Shown here piece after piece: positions 21,540-33,311 of a stretch of DNA of 38,828 bases; the first letter of the stretch is position 1; every line of letters begins with the position of its first letter. Both the position numbers and the translations under genes were made by a program. Below the pieces are notes generated by a model. It had not been told where the DNA came from. It did not search any database and worked only from the letters and a program-made list of their open reading frames with translations. The stretch covers positions 149,173 through 188,000 of the forward strand of contig NW_026943847.1 of the NCBI RefSeq assembly GCF_035594765.1, in the 5' to 3' direction. The DNA is from Anolis carolinensis (Eukaryota).

Positions 21540-22709
21540 ACGTTATTTATATTCCGCTCTATCTCCCCAAGGGGACTGAGGGCAGATCACCAATACACAT
21601 ACACGGCAAACATTCAATACCGTTTGGACAGAACAGAATAAGACAAACAGAAGGAGGTAGGTAGTCTTGAAGTCCAGTTTTTTGGTGCCTTGGAGGCTGA
21701 TGTCGCGCTCAGATTCAGTCACAGGGGTGCTGTTGCTTCATTCTCTATGACGGAGAGCTATCAGAACTTCCTCCTTCCAACTTCCTCTTCGTCACCACAT
21801 TTCTGGTCTTGATGTTTATGATGTCGCAAAATACCTCCCCCGCAATGTATGGTACCTAATTTCTCTACTTACAGCTCATAGACTGTTTTCGAACTGCTTA
21901 GGTAAACAGTGAGCTGGGCTTGAGGTCGAGCGCTCACCCCCAACCGGGCTTCGAACTGGCCACCTTTCGGTTGGTGGATCTTATTACTGCTGTTGATTTA
22001 CCAGTTGTGCTACAGCCCAGCCCTAAGGAATTTGTTCCTTCCACGGAGGAATTTTTGAAGGAAATTTACCTGCCCAGGAAAGTGGTTTTGTTGCTAGACA
22101 ATGCCTCAACACACCCTGATGCAGAGGAGCTTCAAGAGGGGGACATGAAGGCGATGTTTCTGCCACCGAATGTAACCGTCATATGCCAACCGATGGATCA
22201 GGGCGTTTTGGAAGAGCTCAAAAGGAACTATTGCAGGAAGCTATTCTCGGCAAGGATAGAAGAAATGGAATAAGTTGATCTCGCAAAGATGGCGAGACTT
22301 CGCAGCGGAGAAATGGCAATCGCTGGAAAAGCAGGCAAGGGTCACAGATTTTAAAAAATCTTCACAAGACTGAACTTTTTATGGATTTAACTTCCAACAG
22401 TGTTGTTTTATGCAATTCTATATTTATAGTCAATTTTAGTAGTAAACACTTTTGTAGTCAATGCTTTCAATACATTGCGATGTTTTGGTGCTAAATTAGT
22501 AAATACAGTGATTTCTCCATAATGTTACCATGTATTGAACTGCTTTTTATGTCAATTTGTTGTAAAACATGATGTTTTGGTGCTTAATTTCTAAAATCAT
22601 AATGTAATTTGACCTTTAATAGGCTTTTCCTTAATCCCTCCTTATTATCCAACATTTTCACTTATCCAGTGTTCTGGTCAGTTTATGTTGGATAAGCGAG
22701 ACTCTGCTG
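20712..22709 (+). mobile_element. Tigger/pogo (CENP-B/Jerky-like) transposase pseudogene with right TIR
   Basis: MATKRKKVV, ALYVWFTQLRDKG..ISGPIL, FNCDETGL, SKERLTMLAC, LLLDNASTHP and QPMDQGV, with stops and frameshifts. TIR ends at 22709. Confidence 0.9.
21496..22023 (-). mobile_element. tRNA-headed SINE with an L2-type tail (Anolis SINE2-like) nested in the Tigger
   Basis: On the minus strand: A box tagcacaactgg, B box agttcgaagcc, L2-like 3' stem-loop and an (AAT)n tail. The transposase frame resumes at 22021. Confidence 0.82.
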
Positions 22710-23179
22710 TTCTCTGAAATTAGGTATGGGATGTTCTACGTTGGAGCGGAAAAATCAAACATTAAGGGAGCATGAGAAAAGAACTGGGATTGGGGGAGAG
22801 AAATAAAAAGGAGAGAAGGATGGTGAAATGGGTGGTAGTTGGTAAAGTCTAAAGCTAGAGAAAAAGGCAAGCATTTGGATGTGAAGGGAAAAGGCATCCA
22901 TTCCCCAGAGAGAAGGAGACGGAATAAACAACCGGGCTGGGCTGAGCAACAGGGAGCCTCAGGAGCGTATGTTACTCATCTCTCTCTTAGAGGCTCCAGG
23001 CAGACAACCAGGGTCCATCTTCACTGAACAAGGGGAGGGGAAAGGACAACAGGCATATCTTCTTTTCCTCCATGTTTATGTTGTTTTAAGGATCATTTCA
23101 ATCCACTCCTTATCCCACTTCCTTTGAGTCTTTATGACGCACACTGAGGAATGATTGTTTATGTTCTTCTTCTTCACAG

Positions 23180-25209
23180 TAGATAACGGGGAGAAGAGCC
23201 ATGTATGCACCAAATACAGGAAGCATTTGGGACACAACGGGTGCCTTCATCGACACCAGCAAGCCCACAGAGAAGATGGAGGTTCTGCCAGAGAAAGGCC
23301 CAACAAATGCATTGTATGTGGGCAATGTTTTACCCAAAATGTGGCACTTGTCCTTCACAAGACACTTGATGTTGGGAAAAGCCATCTTAAAGGGAAAGTA
23401 TCTGCAAAATGTGTGGTGAAACACAAGAAATTTCACACAGGTCAGGAACAATACAGATGCCAAGAGTGTGGGAAGTGTTTTGCTGAAAGTTCAGCCTTGT
23501 TGAGCCACAAAAGAGTCCACACCAGGGAGAAGCCATACAAATGTCAGGAGTGTGGGAAATGTTCTGCTTCCCATTCAGACTTGTTGAAGCACAAAAGACT
23601 CCACACAGGAGAGAAGCCATACCAATGCCAGGAGTGTGGGAAATGTTTTACTTGCAGTTCAACCTTGGTGAGCCACAAAAGACTCCACACAGGAGAGAAG
23701 CCATACCAATGCCAGGAGTGTGGGAAATGTTTTACTTGCAGTTCAACCTTGGTGAGCCACAAAAGACTCCACACAGGAGAGAAGCCACACCAATGTCAGG
23801 AGTGTGGGAAATGTTTTGCTGAAAGTTCAGCCTTGTTGAGCCACAAAAGAGTCCACACCAGGGAGAAGCCATACAAATGTGAGGAGTGTGGGAAATGTTC
23901 TGTTTCCCATTCAGACTTGTTGAAGCACAAAAGACTCCACACAGGAGAGAAGCCATACCAGTGCCAGGAGTGTGGGAAATGTTTTACTTGCAGTTCAACC
24001 TTGGTGAGCCACAAAAGACTCCACACAGGAGAGAAGCCACACCAATGCCAGGAGTGTGGGAAATGTTTTGCTGAAAGTTCAGCCTTGTTGAGCCACAAAA
24101 GAGTCCACACCAGGGAGAAGCCATACAAATGTGAGGAGTGTGGGAAATGTTCTGTTTCCCATTCAGACTTGTTGAAGCACAAAAGACTCCACACAGGAGA
24201 GAAGCCATACCAATGCCAGGAGTGTGGGAAATGTTTTACTTGCAGTTCAACCTTGGTGAGCCACAAAAGACTCCACACAGGAGAGAAGCCACACCAATGC
24301 CAGGAGTGTGGGAAATGTTTTGCTGAAAGTTCAGCCTTGTTGAGCCACAAAAGAGTCCACACCAGGGAGAAGCCATACAAATGTGAGGAGTGTGGGAAAT
24401 GTTCTGTTTCCCATTCAGACTTGTTGAAGCACAAAAGACTCCACACAGGAGAGAAGCCATACCAGTGCCAGGAGTGTGGGAAATGTTTTACTTGCAGTTC
24501 AACCTTGGTGAGCCACAAAAGACTCCACACAGGAGAGAAGCCACACCAATGTCAGGAGTGTGGGAAATGTTTTGCTGAAAGTTCAGCCTTGTTGAGCCAC
24601 AAAAGAGTCCACACCAGGGAGAAGCCATACAAATGTGAGGAGTGTGGGAAATGTTCTGTTTCCCATTCAGACTTGTTGAAGCACAAAAGACTCCACACAG
24701 GAGAGAAGCCATACCAGTGCCAGGAGTGTGGGAAATGTTTTACTTGCAGTTCAACCTTGGTGAGCCACAAAAGACTCCACACAGGAGAGAAGCCACACCA
24801 ATGCCAGGAGTGTGGGAAATGTTTTGCTGAAAGTTCAGCCTTGTTGAGCCACAAAAGAGTCCACACAGGAGAGAAGCCATACCAATGCCAGGAGTGTGGG
24901 AAATGTTTTGCTTACAGTTCAAACTTGTTGAGCCACAAAAGACTCCACACAGGAGAGAAGCCATACCAATGCCAGGAGTGTGGGAAATGTTTTGCTTTCA
25001 GTTCACACTTGGTGAGCCACAAAAGACTCCACACAGGAGAGAAGCCATACCAATGCCAGGAGTGTGGGAAATGTTTTGCTGTCAGTTCACACTTGGCGAG
25101 GCACAAAAGAAGCCACACAGGAGAGAAGCCATATAAATGCCATGAATGTGGAAAATGTTTTACTCAGAGTTCAGCCCTTAACCAGCACCAGAGAACACAT
25201 ACCGGCTAA
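23180..25209 (+). CDS. Gene B exon 6: 21 C2H2 fingers preceded by degenerate fingers; spliced SCAN-KRAB-ZNF product about 911 aa
   Basis: Acceptor ttcttcttcacag|TA is phase 1, matching the KRAB donor. Exons sum to 390+118+71+127+2030 = 2736 nt with no internal stop; TAA at 25207-25209. Confidence 0.92.
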
Positions 25210-25370
25210 AAAACAGCCATTGTGGGTAAATGTCTGATTTCAAACAGGACCCTTTGAGAAGTTCTGCGTCAGATTTGGTGGAGTCCCCGTTCTTGTCATT
25301 TGAACCTGTAAGTTGGAGGTCTGTTCTCTGGAGCAGCAGAAAGAAAGCTCTGTGTGACAATCCTTCAGAG

Positions 25371-25505
25371 CAGTGGTTCTCAACCTGTGGGTCCACAGAT
25401 GTTTTGGCCTTCAACTTCCATAAAGCCTAACAGCTGGTAAACTGGCTGGGATTTCTGGGAGTTGTAGGCCAAAACACCCGGGGACCCACAGGTTGAGGAC
25501 CACTG
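25371..25505. mobile_element. Small hAT MITE in the gene B 3' UTR
   Basis: TIRs cagtggttctcaacctgtgggtcc / ggacccacaggttgaggaccactg; TSD cttcagag / cttcagtg (7/8). Confidence 0.88.
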
Positions 25506-25893
25506 CTTCAGTGTCAGTTCCTGGAAGGTGTAGGAGACAAAGATAGGCTCACACAGCTTGTAGCTATGGAAAACTTTATTGAATCCGCCTTGCCAAAATG
25601 GCCGCAAAGCTTCTACTGCCCGTCTTCCGCTCTTTCCCCTCAGTATATTGGGTGGTTGCTTCCCTCCTCCCTTCACGTCTCTTCTCCATTCACACCTCCC
25701 TTTCCTTTTGTCCTTTCCCACGTTTGAAGACCAGACCCTGTCATAAATCAGCCTTCCCAGCCAAATGGTCTTCTTTATCCGATTTGTTGTAGTCAGGTGT
25801 GAAAAGAACAGCTTGGAGAATGCTGATCTTTTTGCATCCTGACATTCAGAGAGTTAAATATTAAGTTAAGTCTTGTCACCTCGTCTGAAAAGA

Positions 25894-25899
25894 AATAAA
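25894..25899 (+). terminator. Candidate polyadenylation signal of gene B
   Basis: First AATAAA seen after the stop, followed by a GU/U-rich tract at about 25918-25940. Confidence 0.55.
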
Positions 25900-26096
25900 C
25901 CATATGTGATTCCATCACTTGTTCTTCTGGTCTTAGTTTCCAGCTCCATTTCCACCTTGGTTTAAATGTCCAGTTTGTGAACGTTGTGCCCCTACAGACA
26001 CATCCTCTGTTTTCCTCTTTAGTCAGGACTGGTCAGCTTGAATATTGTAAATGGCCGTTATGGGAGGGAGCCAGAGTTAGCCCCTTCCCTTTCAGA

Positions 26097-26160
26097 CAGT
26101 GGCTGTCAACCAGTGGTCCACGGACTACCAGTGGTTCGCAAGAACTAAAATACGGTCTGC
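26097..26160 (+). mobile_element. Truncated 5' end of the same hAT family as 3640..4002
   Basis: cagtggctgtcaacc...ccagtggttcgcaagaactaaaata aligns with 3640-3700. Confidence 0.7.
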
Positions 26161-28010
26161 CTTCTAAGCTTCCCTTCCTTTGCTTTCTTTTCTCTTGCCC
26201 TTCCTTCCCCTTTCTTCCTTCTTTCCTTCTATCCTTGTCTTCTTGTCCCTTCCTTTGCCTTCTTTTCTCTTGCCCTTCATTCCTTCCTTTTTCTCTTCCC
26301 TTCCCATCCTGCCCTTTGCTGCCTTTTCTCTTCTTCTTCCATCCTTTTTCTCTTCCCTCCCTTTTCTCCCCTTTGCCTTTTCTCTTGCCCTTCCTTCCTT
26401 TTTTCTTCCCTTCACTTCCCTTCCTTTTCCTTCTTTTCTCTTGCCCTTCCTTCCTTTTTCTCTTCTCTCCTCTTCCCTTCCTTTGCCTTCTTTTCTCTTG
26501 CCTTCTTTCCTTGCTTTTTCTTGCTCTTCGCTTGCCTTCCCTTCCTTTGCCCATCATATGTTATGGACTGGAGTAGAGTACAATATATGTCTCATTTGAT
26601 GCCTTATGAACTTGAATGCAAACTATAATTGTTTTTCTTAATCTGTTTATCCTATTATATTATATTATTGATGTTCTCTGATTGTTGTTTATGTGAGTTT
26701 AATATGTCGTAAGCCTCTTTGGGTCCAGTGAGGGAGAAAAGCAGGATATAAATAAAGATTCATCATCATCATCATCATCATTATTATTTTCTCTTGCCAT
26801 TCTTTACTTCCCTTTTTCTCTTCCCTTCCATCCCTTTGCCCTCTTTTCCCTTGCCCTTCCTTCCTTCTTTCCTTGCTTTACCTTCCCTTCCCTTCTTTTC
26901 TCTTGTCCTTCCTTCCTTTTTCTCTTCTCTTCCCATATTTTCCTTTGCCTTATTTTCTCTTCCCCTTCCTTCCTTCCCTTCCCTTGTCTTCTTTTCTCTT
27001 GCCCTTCCTTCCTTTTTCTCTTCTCTTCCCATATTTTCCTTTGCCTTATTTTCTCTTCCCCTTCCTTCCTTCCCTTCCTTTGTCTTCTTTTCTCTTGTCC
27101 TTCCTTCCTTTTTCTCTTCTCTTCCCATATTTTCCTTTGCCTTATTTTCTCTTCCCCTTCCTTCCTTCCTTCCCTTCCTTTGTCTTCTTTTCTCTTGTCC
27201 TTCCTTCCTTTTTCTCTTCTCTTCCCATATATTCCTTTGCCTTCTTTTCTCTTCCCCTTCCTTCCTTCCCTTCCTTTGCCTTCTTTTCTCTTGCCCTTCC
27301 TTCCTTTTTCTCTTCTCTTCCCATATTTTCCTTTGCCTTATTTTCTCTTCCCCTTCCTTCCTTCTCTTCCTTTGTCTTCTTTTCTCTTGTCCTTCCTTTC
27401 TTTTTCTCTTCTCTTCCCATATTTTCCTTTGCCTTCTTTTCTCTTCCCCTTCCTTCCTTCCCTTCCTTTGCCTTCTTTTCTCTTGCCCTTCCTTCCTTTT
27501 TCTCTTCTCTTCCCATATTTTCCTTTGCCTTATTTTCTCTTCCCCTTCCTTCCTTCCCTTCCCTTCCCTTCCTTTGTCTTCTTTTCTCTTGCCCTTCCTT
27601 CCTTTTTCTCTTCTCTTCCCATATTTTCCTTTGCCTTATTTTCTCTTCCTCTTCCTTCCTTCCCTTCCCTTGTCTTCTTTTCTCTTGCCCTTCCTTCCTT
27701 TTTCTCTTCTCTTCCCATATTTTCCTTTGCCTTATTTTCTCTTCCCCTTCCTTCCTTCCCTTCCCTTGTCTTCTTTTCTCTTGCCCTTCCTTCCTTTTTC
27801 TCTTCTCTTCCCATATTTTCCTTTGCCTTATTTTCTCTTCCTCTTCCTTCCTTCCCTTCCTTTGTCTTCTTTTCTCTTGTCCTTCCTTCCTTTTTCTCTT
27901 CTCTTCCCATATTTTCCTTTGCCTTATTTTCTCTTCCCCTTCCTTCCTTCCCTTCCCTTGTCTTCTTTTCTCTTGCCCTTCCTTCCTTTTTCTCTTCTCT
28001 TCCCATCCTT
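26161..28010. repeat. Polypyrimidine tract including a 96-bp minisatellite (about 12 copies, 26900-28010), split by an L2 tail (26555-26788)
   Basis: cccatattttcctttgcc recurs about every 96 bp, and the antisense ORFs repeat every 32 aa. Confidence 0.92.
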
Positions 28011-28019
28011 TCCACTACC

Positions 28020-28410
28020 GAGAAGGAAGGCCCTGTCTCTCATCCCTGCCAATCATGCCAGCGAAGAGGGCGGGATTGAGAGCAGGGCCTCTCCAGACGG
28101 TCTTAGACTCCGAGATGGTTCATAAGGGGAGAGACGTTTGGACAGGTAACCCATCCAACACAGGCTGTGACCCTGTGCCCTGTTTGGCCTTGCGACTGAC
28201 AAGGAAGACCTCTGCGTACAGATGACATTGAACTCCAAAACTTCAGATGATCTCTCCCAACGGCTTCATGTAGATGTTACACAGCGTGGGAGACAGTATT
28301 GAACCCTGCGGGGATTCTGGAAGGGATTCTGCTTTTCCTGCCTGGCAGAAGGGGGTTGGACTAGATGGCCCTCGTGGTCTCTTCCAAATATACTGTTCTG
28401 TGAATCTCTG
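28020..28410. mobile_element. Small L2 (-) and CR1 (+) fragments
   Basis: GYLSKRLSPYEPSRSLRPSGEALL, PQGSILSPTLCNIYMKPLGEII, and a CR1 tail ggactagatggccctcgtggtctcttcca. Confidence 0.7.
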
Positions 28411-29164
28411 ATTTGGGTAAGAAGGCAAGGGCCTAGAGAGATGGGGGTTCCTCTCTCTGGATGACCCCAAAAAGGGGCTGGAGAGCGACCTGCGGAGGAT
28501 GGTCTGGCTGGTGACGCTGCTTGGAGAGAATGGGGCTGGACTCCACGACCCACGGGATCAGTGGTTTCATGGCGAAAGAACACACATCTCCTCCTCCTCC
28601 TCCCAGTCAGTTTGGGTTGTGTGCTGAGGGGCTAATCATCTTCAGACCACGCAGGAATAAACCACCAAAGCACCCCCAACAGATGGTCATACCATCTCAG
28701 CTTAAAAACCTCCAAAGGAGACTCTTATGGACTCCCGATAGGAGCAGACTCCACTACTGAACAGCTCTTACCTTCAGGAAATGCTTTCTGTTGTGTAGGT
28801 GAGGCCTGCACAACTAGTCGGTGTTAATGAGTGATGGAAGGAAAGGAGAAGCAGAGTAAAACACACACACAAGACCCCTGCTAGACAGGCAGGTGAATTC
28901 AGTCCTCTCACGGCCTCCTCCAGCTATACAATGGGACAGACTGTCTCATAGGCAAGGAGTTGATTCCAACCCCCAAAACACTGCAGAGTCCTGGTCACAG
29001 TTTCACAGCCTCTGGCCTTGTAAAGTAGTTCGTCTCTTTGAATAAACACTCTTGAGTTCTGAATTTCATCCAAAATCCTTGGAGGTTTTATTCTTGATTT
29101 ATTCACTACTTATAACTATTTACAGGTCTTCTCTTAATATACAAAGATACACAATAAGAATGAG

Positions 29165-29710
29165 TAAGGGCTGTTGGAGAGTGGCCTAGGCTGCCTCAGA
29201 GTGTGGTGGAGTCTCCTTCTCTGGAGGCTTCTCTGCAGAGGCTCTCTATCGGGAGTGCTTTGATTGTGCCTTCCTGCATGGCAGGGGCAGGACGGGGTGG
29301 CCCTTGGGGGTCTCTTCCGGCTCTAGGGTCCTAGGAGTCCATTCCAGGAGGAGGCAACACGGGGTCTCATGGACACGCCTTTCCTCTCCGTCCACCTCTC
29401 ATCCTGACCACGGCCAACCCTTTTGGGATCCAACATTTCCTTCCTGCCGAGGGAGAAGCCCTTCCTTCTTTCCTCCAAGTGAAACATACCCAGCTGTCTC
29501 TCTCCGCCCTTCTCTACATCCCGTCTCTGGAGATATTCTGACCTGTCAATATCCGTCTTGAATTGTGGGACCGAGACCTGGAGACAGGGTCATTCCAGGT
29601 GAGTCTGACCAAAGCGGAAGAAAGGAGGCCGTGACTTCCTTGGATATAGACAGAATCCTCCTATCGGGACAGCCTAGAAGCACATTGGCTTTTATAGCTG
29701 CTACATCATA
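29165..29710. mobile_element. CR1 fragments (+ 29165-29335, - 29545-29710)
   Basis: CR1 3' end similarity (gtggtggagtctccttctctggagg) and AAIKANVLLGC. Confidence 0.6.
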
Positions 29711-29714
29711 ATCT

Positions 29715-32170
29715 GTTTTTAAAAATAATTTATATTCAAAGACAAGAAAGAAAAACAAATGCATATTTATACAAATTACAAATACATTTATTATTATTTT
29801 TTTAAAAAAAAATCGTACATCCTTTTACAGCAGCCACATTATATTCAGTACAATCTACAGTACGTTAACATTTGGCATCTACTGTTATTTTCACGCTTAT
29901 ACAGATTTCTTACCCTCCCCCAAGTCACTTTTTTTATTTATCATCTGTCCAAAATTCCTTTTCATTCCCTCTTGTGGAGGTAATTCTGTCTTTCTTTTTG
30001 AATCCTCTTCCAATACATTTTCTCCAGACATCATCACAACCACTTTGTTTCTAAATCCCTCTCCACGTCAACCTATCATTTCTTCCCAGTTTCCATACTT
30101 CCTTATACCATTCTTCTATCTCTATATTTATTTCCCTTTTCCAATTCCTTGCTATAAGCAGTCTTGCAATTGTTAATGCGTTTGTTATCGCATCTTTGTC
30201 CTCTTTTTCCAACTGTTTATTATTATATAATGAGAATAAAGCCATGCTAAGACTTCTTTCTATTTGAATGTTCATTGTGTCTATCTCTCTTAATACTTTT
30301 CCCCAGAAATTATTTATATATTGACACTGCCACCACATATGTATGTATGTTCCCGATTCTTGGCATCCTCTCCAGCAATTGTTTGAGTAGTTTTTATTTA
30401 TATTTCCTATTCTTATGGGTGTGAGGTACCATTTCCATATCAACTAAATAATAATTTTCTTTAACACATATGGATATATTTTTCAAGTGTCTTTGTCCCC
30501 ATAATTGTAACCCCTCTGTTTCATTGATTTTCATTCCTATATCTTCTTTCCAAATCTTCTTGAAGGTGTTATTCTTTACTTTTCCTTTGTTTTTTTCAAT
30601 TAATATTTTAGAAATTTTACTGGATATTCCTTTCAAATTTTTATGTTCCTAATCTTTTCTTTCTTCATTCCAACCTTTGGCCAATCCCCTATTTTATCTA
30701 AGTTTTTCCCCTTAATTTTTTTATCCATCATATATATTTTTTATTTTTTGAAAATGTCTTTTCCATTATAATTGGGGTTATTATTGAGCCATCTGTTATT
30801 AACTTTCTCCTGTATTTGTTCCATATTTCTACTGCATTACTCAACATTGGGTTCCCAGTTTACCTAATTTTTTTTCTCATAAACTATTTTAAAACATATT
30901 CCGAATTTCTTCTTCCACTTTTCCTGAATCCATTATTAACTATTCTACATCCTCCTTTTCATCATTCCTTGTATAACCAATCTCAGTCTGTTTGCTTTAT
31001 AATATTTTTTCATATGAGGAAGCGCTAATCCTTCTTCTTTTTGAGATCTGTTCTGTAGCTTGTTTCGTCAATTTCTTTGACTGCCATTACAGTATTTATC
31101 ATTTGTCCAAATAAGTCTCCTTTGGGGTGGAGAAAGGTGGGGTAGAAATGTTGCAAAGAAATAATGTATTCAACTCTTCTTCTGTAATCTGAAATGGCGT
31201 TATAAATATAAGGTATATGTAAGTATAAAGTTTATCCTCAGAAGCATTTTCATTTTTAGTATTGCTGTCTTTCCAAACCAAGATAGATGTGTATTAATTT
31301 TTTTTGAACTATTTTCCTCAATGCTACTACATTTACCTCTTCTATTTCTTTTAAGTCCTTTGTTATACTTACTCCCAGGTATATTAATTTGTTCTTGATT
31401 CTAATTCCCGTATGGCTCTGTTCTATAAAGTCTTTTTCTTTTTTCTTTGTATAATATAAACCCGTTGTTTTCCCAAATATCTTTTAATGATCCTCTCTCC
31501 TATCCATTTGACCTACCCAGATATTTAATCAATAACAATGTGTCATCAGCAAATAAGCTCACCTTCTGCTTTTCCTTTATTCCTACACCTTCTACATTCT
31601 TACCTTTTTGGATGGCGTTTGCAAATAATTCTATCACCATAGCAAATAAAATTGTTCTAATCATCCTTTTATTCTACTTCCCATTCCAAATTAATTCATA
31701 ATCTCACTTATTATCTGCCATGCTACACAATCAAAGCATTAAATATATCTAATGCTAGTATCCCCACTTTTAACTTCCTCTCTTGAGACACACATATTTT
31801 GTTTCATACTCTCCCTATCAAACGTAACATTTGTCTTCCTTTTACAAACCCAGATTGATCTTTCAATATATACTTGTACATGAATTTATTCATTCTATTG
31901 GCTATTATAACTGATAAAAACTTTGCATCCTGATTAACTAATGATGTAGGCCTGTAAGACCCTGGGTCTGTTAAATCTTTTCATATTAATATTATGAATG
32001 ACTTCCTCCATGATTCTGGTATTTTCTCCACAATCATTATTCCAATATACAATTCTAATATTGTTGCAGTCAGTATTTCTCTAATACTTTTGTAATATTC
32101 TGTTCCCAATCCGTCCAGAACTGGAGCTTTCCTGGCTTTATTTCTGTCCTCTTAATAGGTTGTTCTGATA
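29715..32170 (-). mobile_element. Decayed L1/Tx1-like LINE ORF2 (RT to CCHC) and 3' UTR
   Basis: KAPVLDGLGTEYYK, PGSYRPTSLVNQDAK, LFADDTLL (about 31535-31560) and WYLTP..CWRGCQESGTYIHMWWQC. Confidence 0.88.
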
Positions 32171-32337
32171 ATTCTTAATATAAATTACAATTTTGGCATT
32201 TTTAAGGAAAGGACTACATAAGAAACATTAAAGCTTCAAGGACACATAACCTACATAAAAAGAACAAAACTAATAGAAAAACCAATCTACAAAACTCTTG
32301 CTGCATGCTGATTTTTATCTCGATTTACTCACTTTAA

Positions 32338-32950
32338 ATCATAGAATCATTGAATCCCAGAGTTGGAAGAGACCTCATGGGCCATCCACTCAAATCCCCT
32401 GCCAAGAAGCAGGAAATCGCATTCAAAGCACCCTCGACAGATGGTCATCCAGCCTCTGCCTCAAAGCCTCCAAAGAAGGAGCCTCCACCACAGTCCGAGG
32501 GAGAGAGTTCCACTGCCGAACAGCCCTTCTCACCGTGAGGAAGTTCTTCCTGATGTTCAGGTGGAATCTCCTTTCCTGTAGTTTGAAGCCATTGTTCCAT
32601 TGCGTCCTAGTCTCCAGGGCAGCAGAAAACAAGCTTGCTCCCTCCTCCCTATGACTTCACGTATTTGTACATGGCTATCATGTCTCCTCTCAGCCTTCTC
32701 TTCTGCAGGCTAAACATGCCCAGGTCTTTAAGCCGCTCCCCATGGGGCTTGTTCTCCAGACCCTTGATCATTTTAGTTGCCCTCCTCTGGACACATTCCA
32801 GCTTGTCAACGTCTCCTTTCAATTGCAGTGCCCAGAATTAGACACAGTGTGATTCCAGGTAAAGTGGTCTGACCAAGGCAGAATAGAGGGGGAGCATGAC
32901 TTCCCTGGATCTAGACACTCTGCCCCTATTTATGCAGGCCAAAATCCCAT
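32338..32950 (-). mobile_element. CR1 3' end
   Basis: NNGFKLQERRFHLNIRKNFLTVRRAVRQWNSLPRTVVEAPSLE and an ATTCTATG-type tail. Confidence 0.9.
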
Positions 32951-32954
32951 AAGG

Positions 32955-33222
32955 AGGAGGGAGCAAGCTTATTGTCTGCTGCTCTGCAAACTAGGATGCA
33001 GAATAATGGCTTCAAAATACAGGAAAGGGGATTCCACCTGAACATAAGGAAGAAGTTCCTCATTGTGAAAGCAGTTCAGCTGTGGAACCTTCTTTGGAGG
33101 CTTTTAAGCAGAGGCTGGATGGCCATCTGTCCGGGGTGCTTTGAATGCAATTTCCTGCTTCTTGGCAGGGGGTTGGACTAGATGGCCCATGAGGTCTCTT
33201 CCAACTCTATGGTTATATGATT
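32955..33222 (+). mobile_element. CR1 3' end, inverted relative to its neighbour
   Basis: NNGFKIQERGFHLNIRKKFLIVKAV; UTR complementary to 32340-32480. Confidence 0.9.
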
Positions 33223-33311
33223 TCTTCCCCTTCCACTTCCTGTTCATGTCCCTTTTGAGTCATAGTCGTTAGAAGTTCTTTGGACAACCATTCTGCTTCT
33301 TTGCACTTGTC

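Noticed and set aside
20712-22273. Domesticated transposase exon fused to KRAB in gene B
   Set aside because: It is in sense orientation after the KRAB exon, but has several stops, frameshifts and a SINE insertion, and no convincing acceptor.
23387-25136. Repeated antisense and alternative-frame ORFs over the gene B array
   Set aside because: Shadows of the 84/252-bp repeat.
23452-25206. Regular repeats resembling a CRISPR array
   Set aside because: They are 84-bp coding C2H2 units without unique spacers, in vertebrate DNA.
26794-28225. Long F/L/P/S-rich and antisense K/E/G/R-rich ORFs (up to 450 aa)
   Set aside because: Pyrimidine-rich minisatellite DNA rarely forms stop codons; there is no coding signal.
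28822-29165. LTR-like stretch starting tgttaatg with an AATAAA at 29041
   Set aside because: No matching CA terminus or TSD was found.
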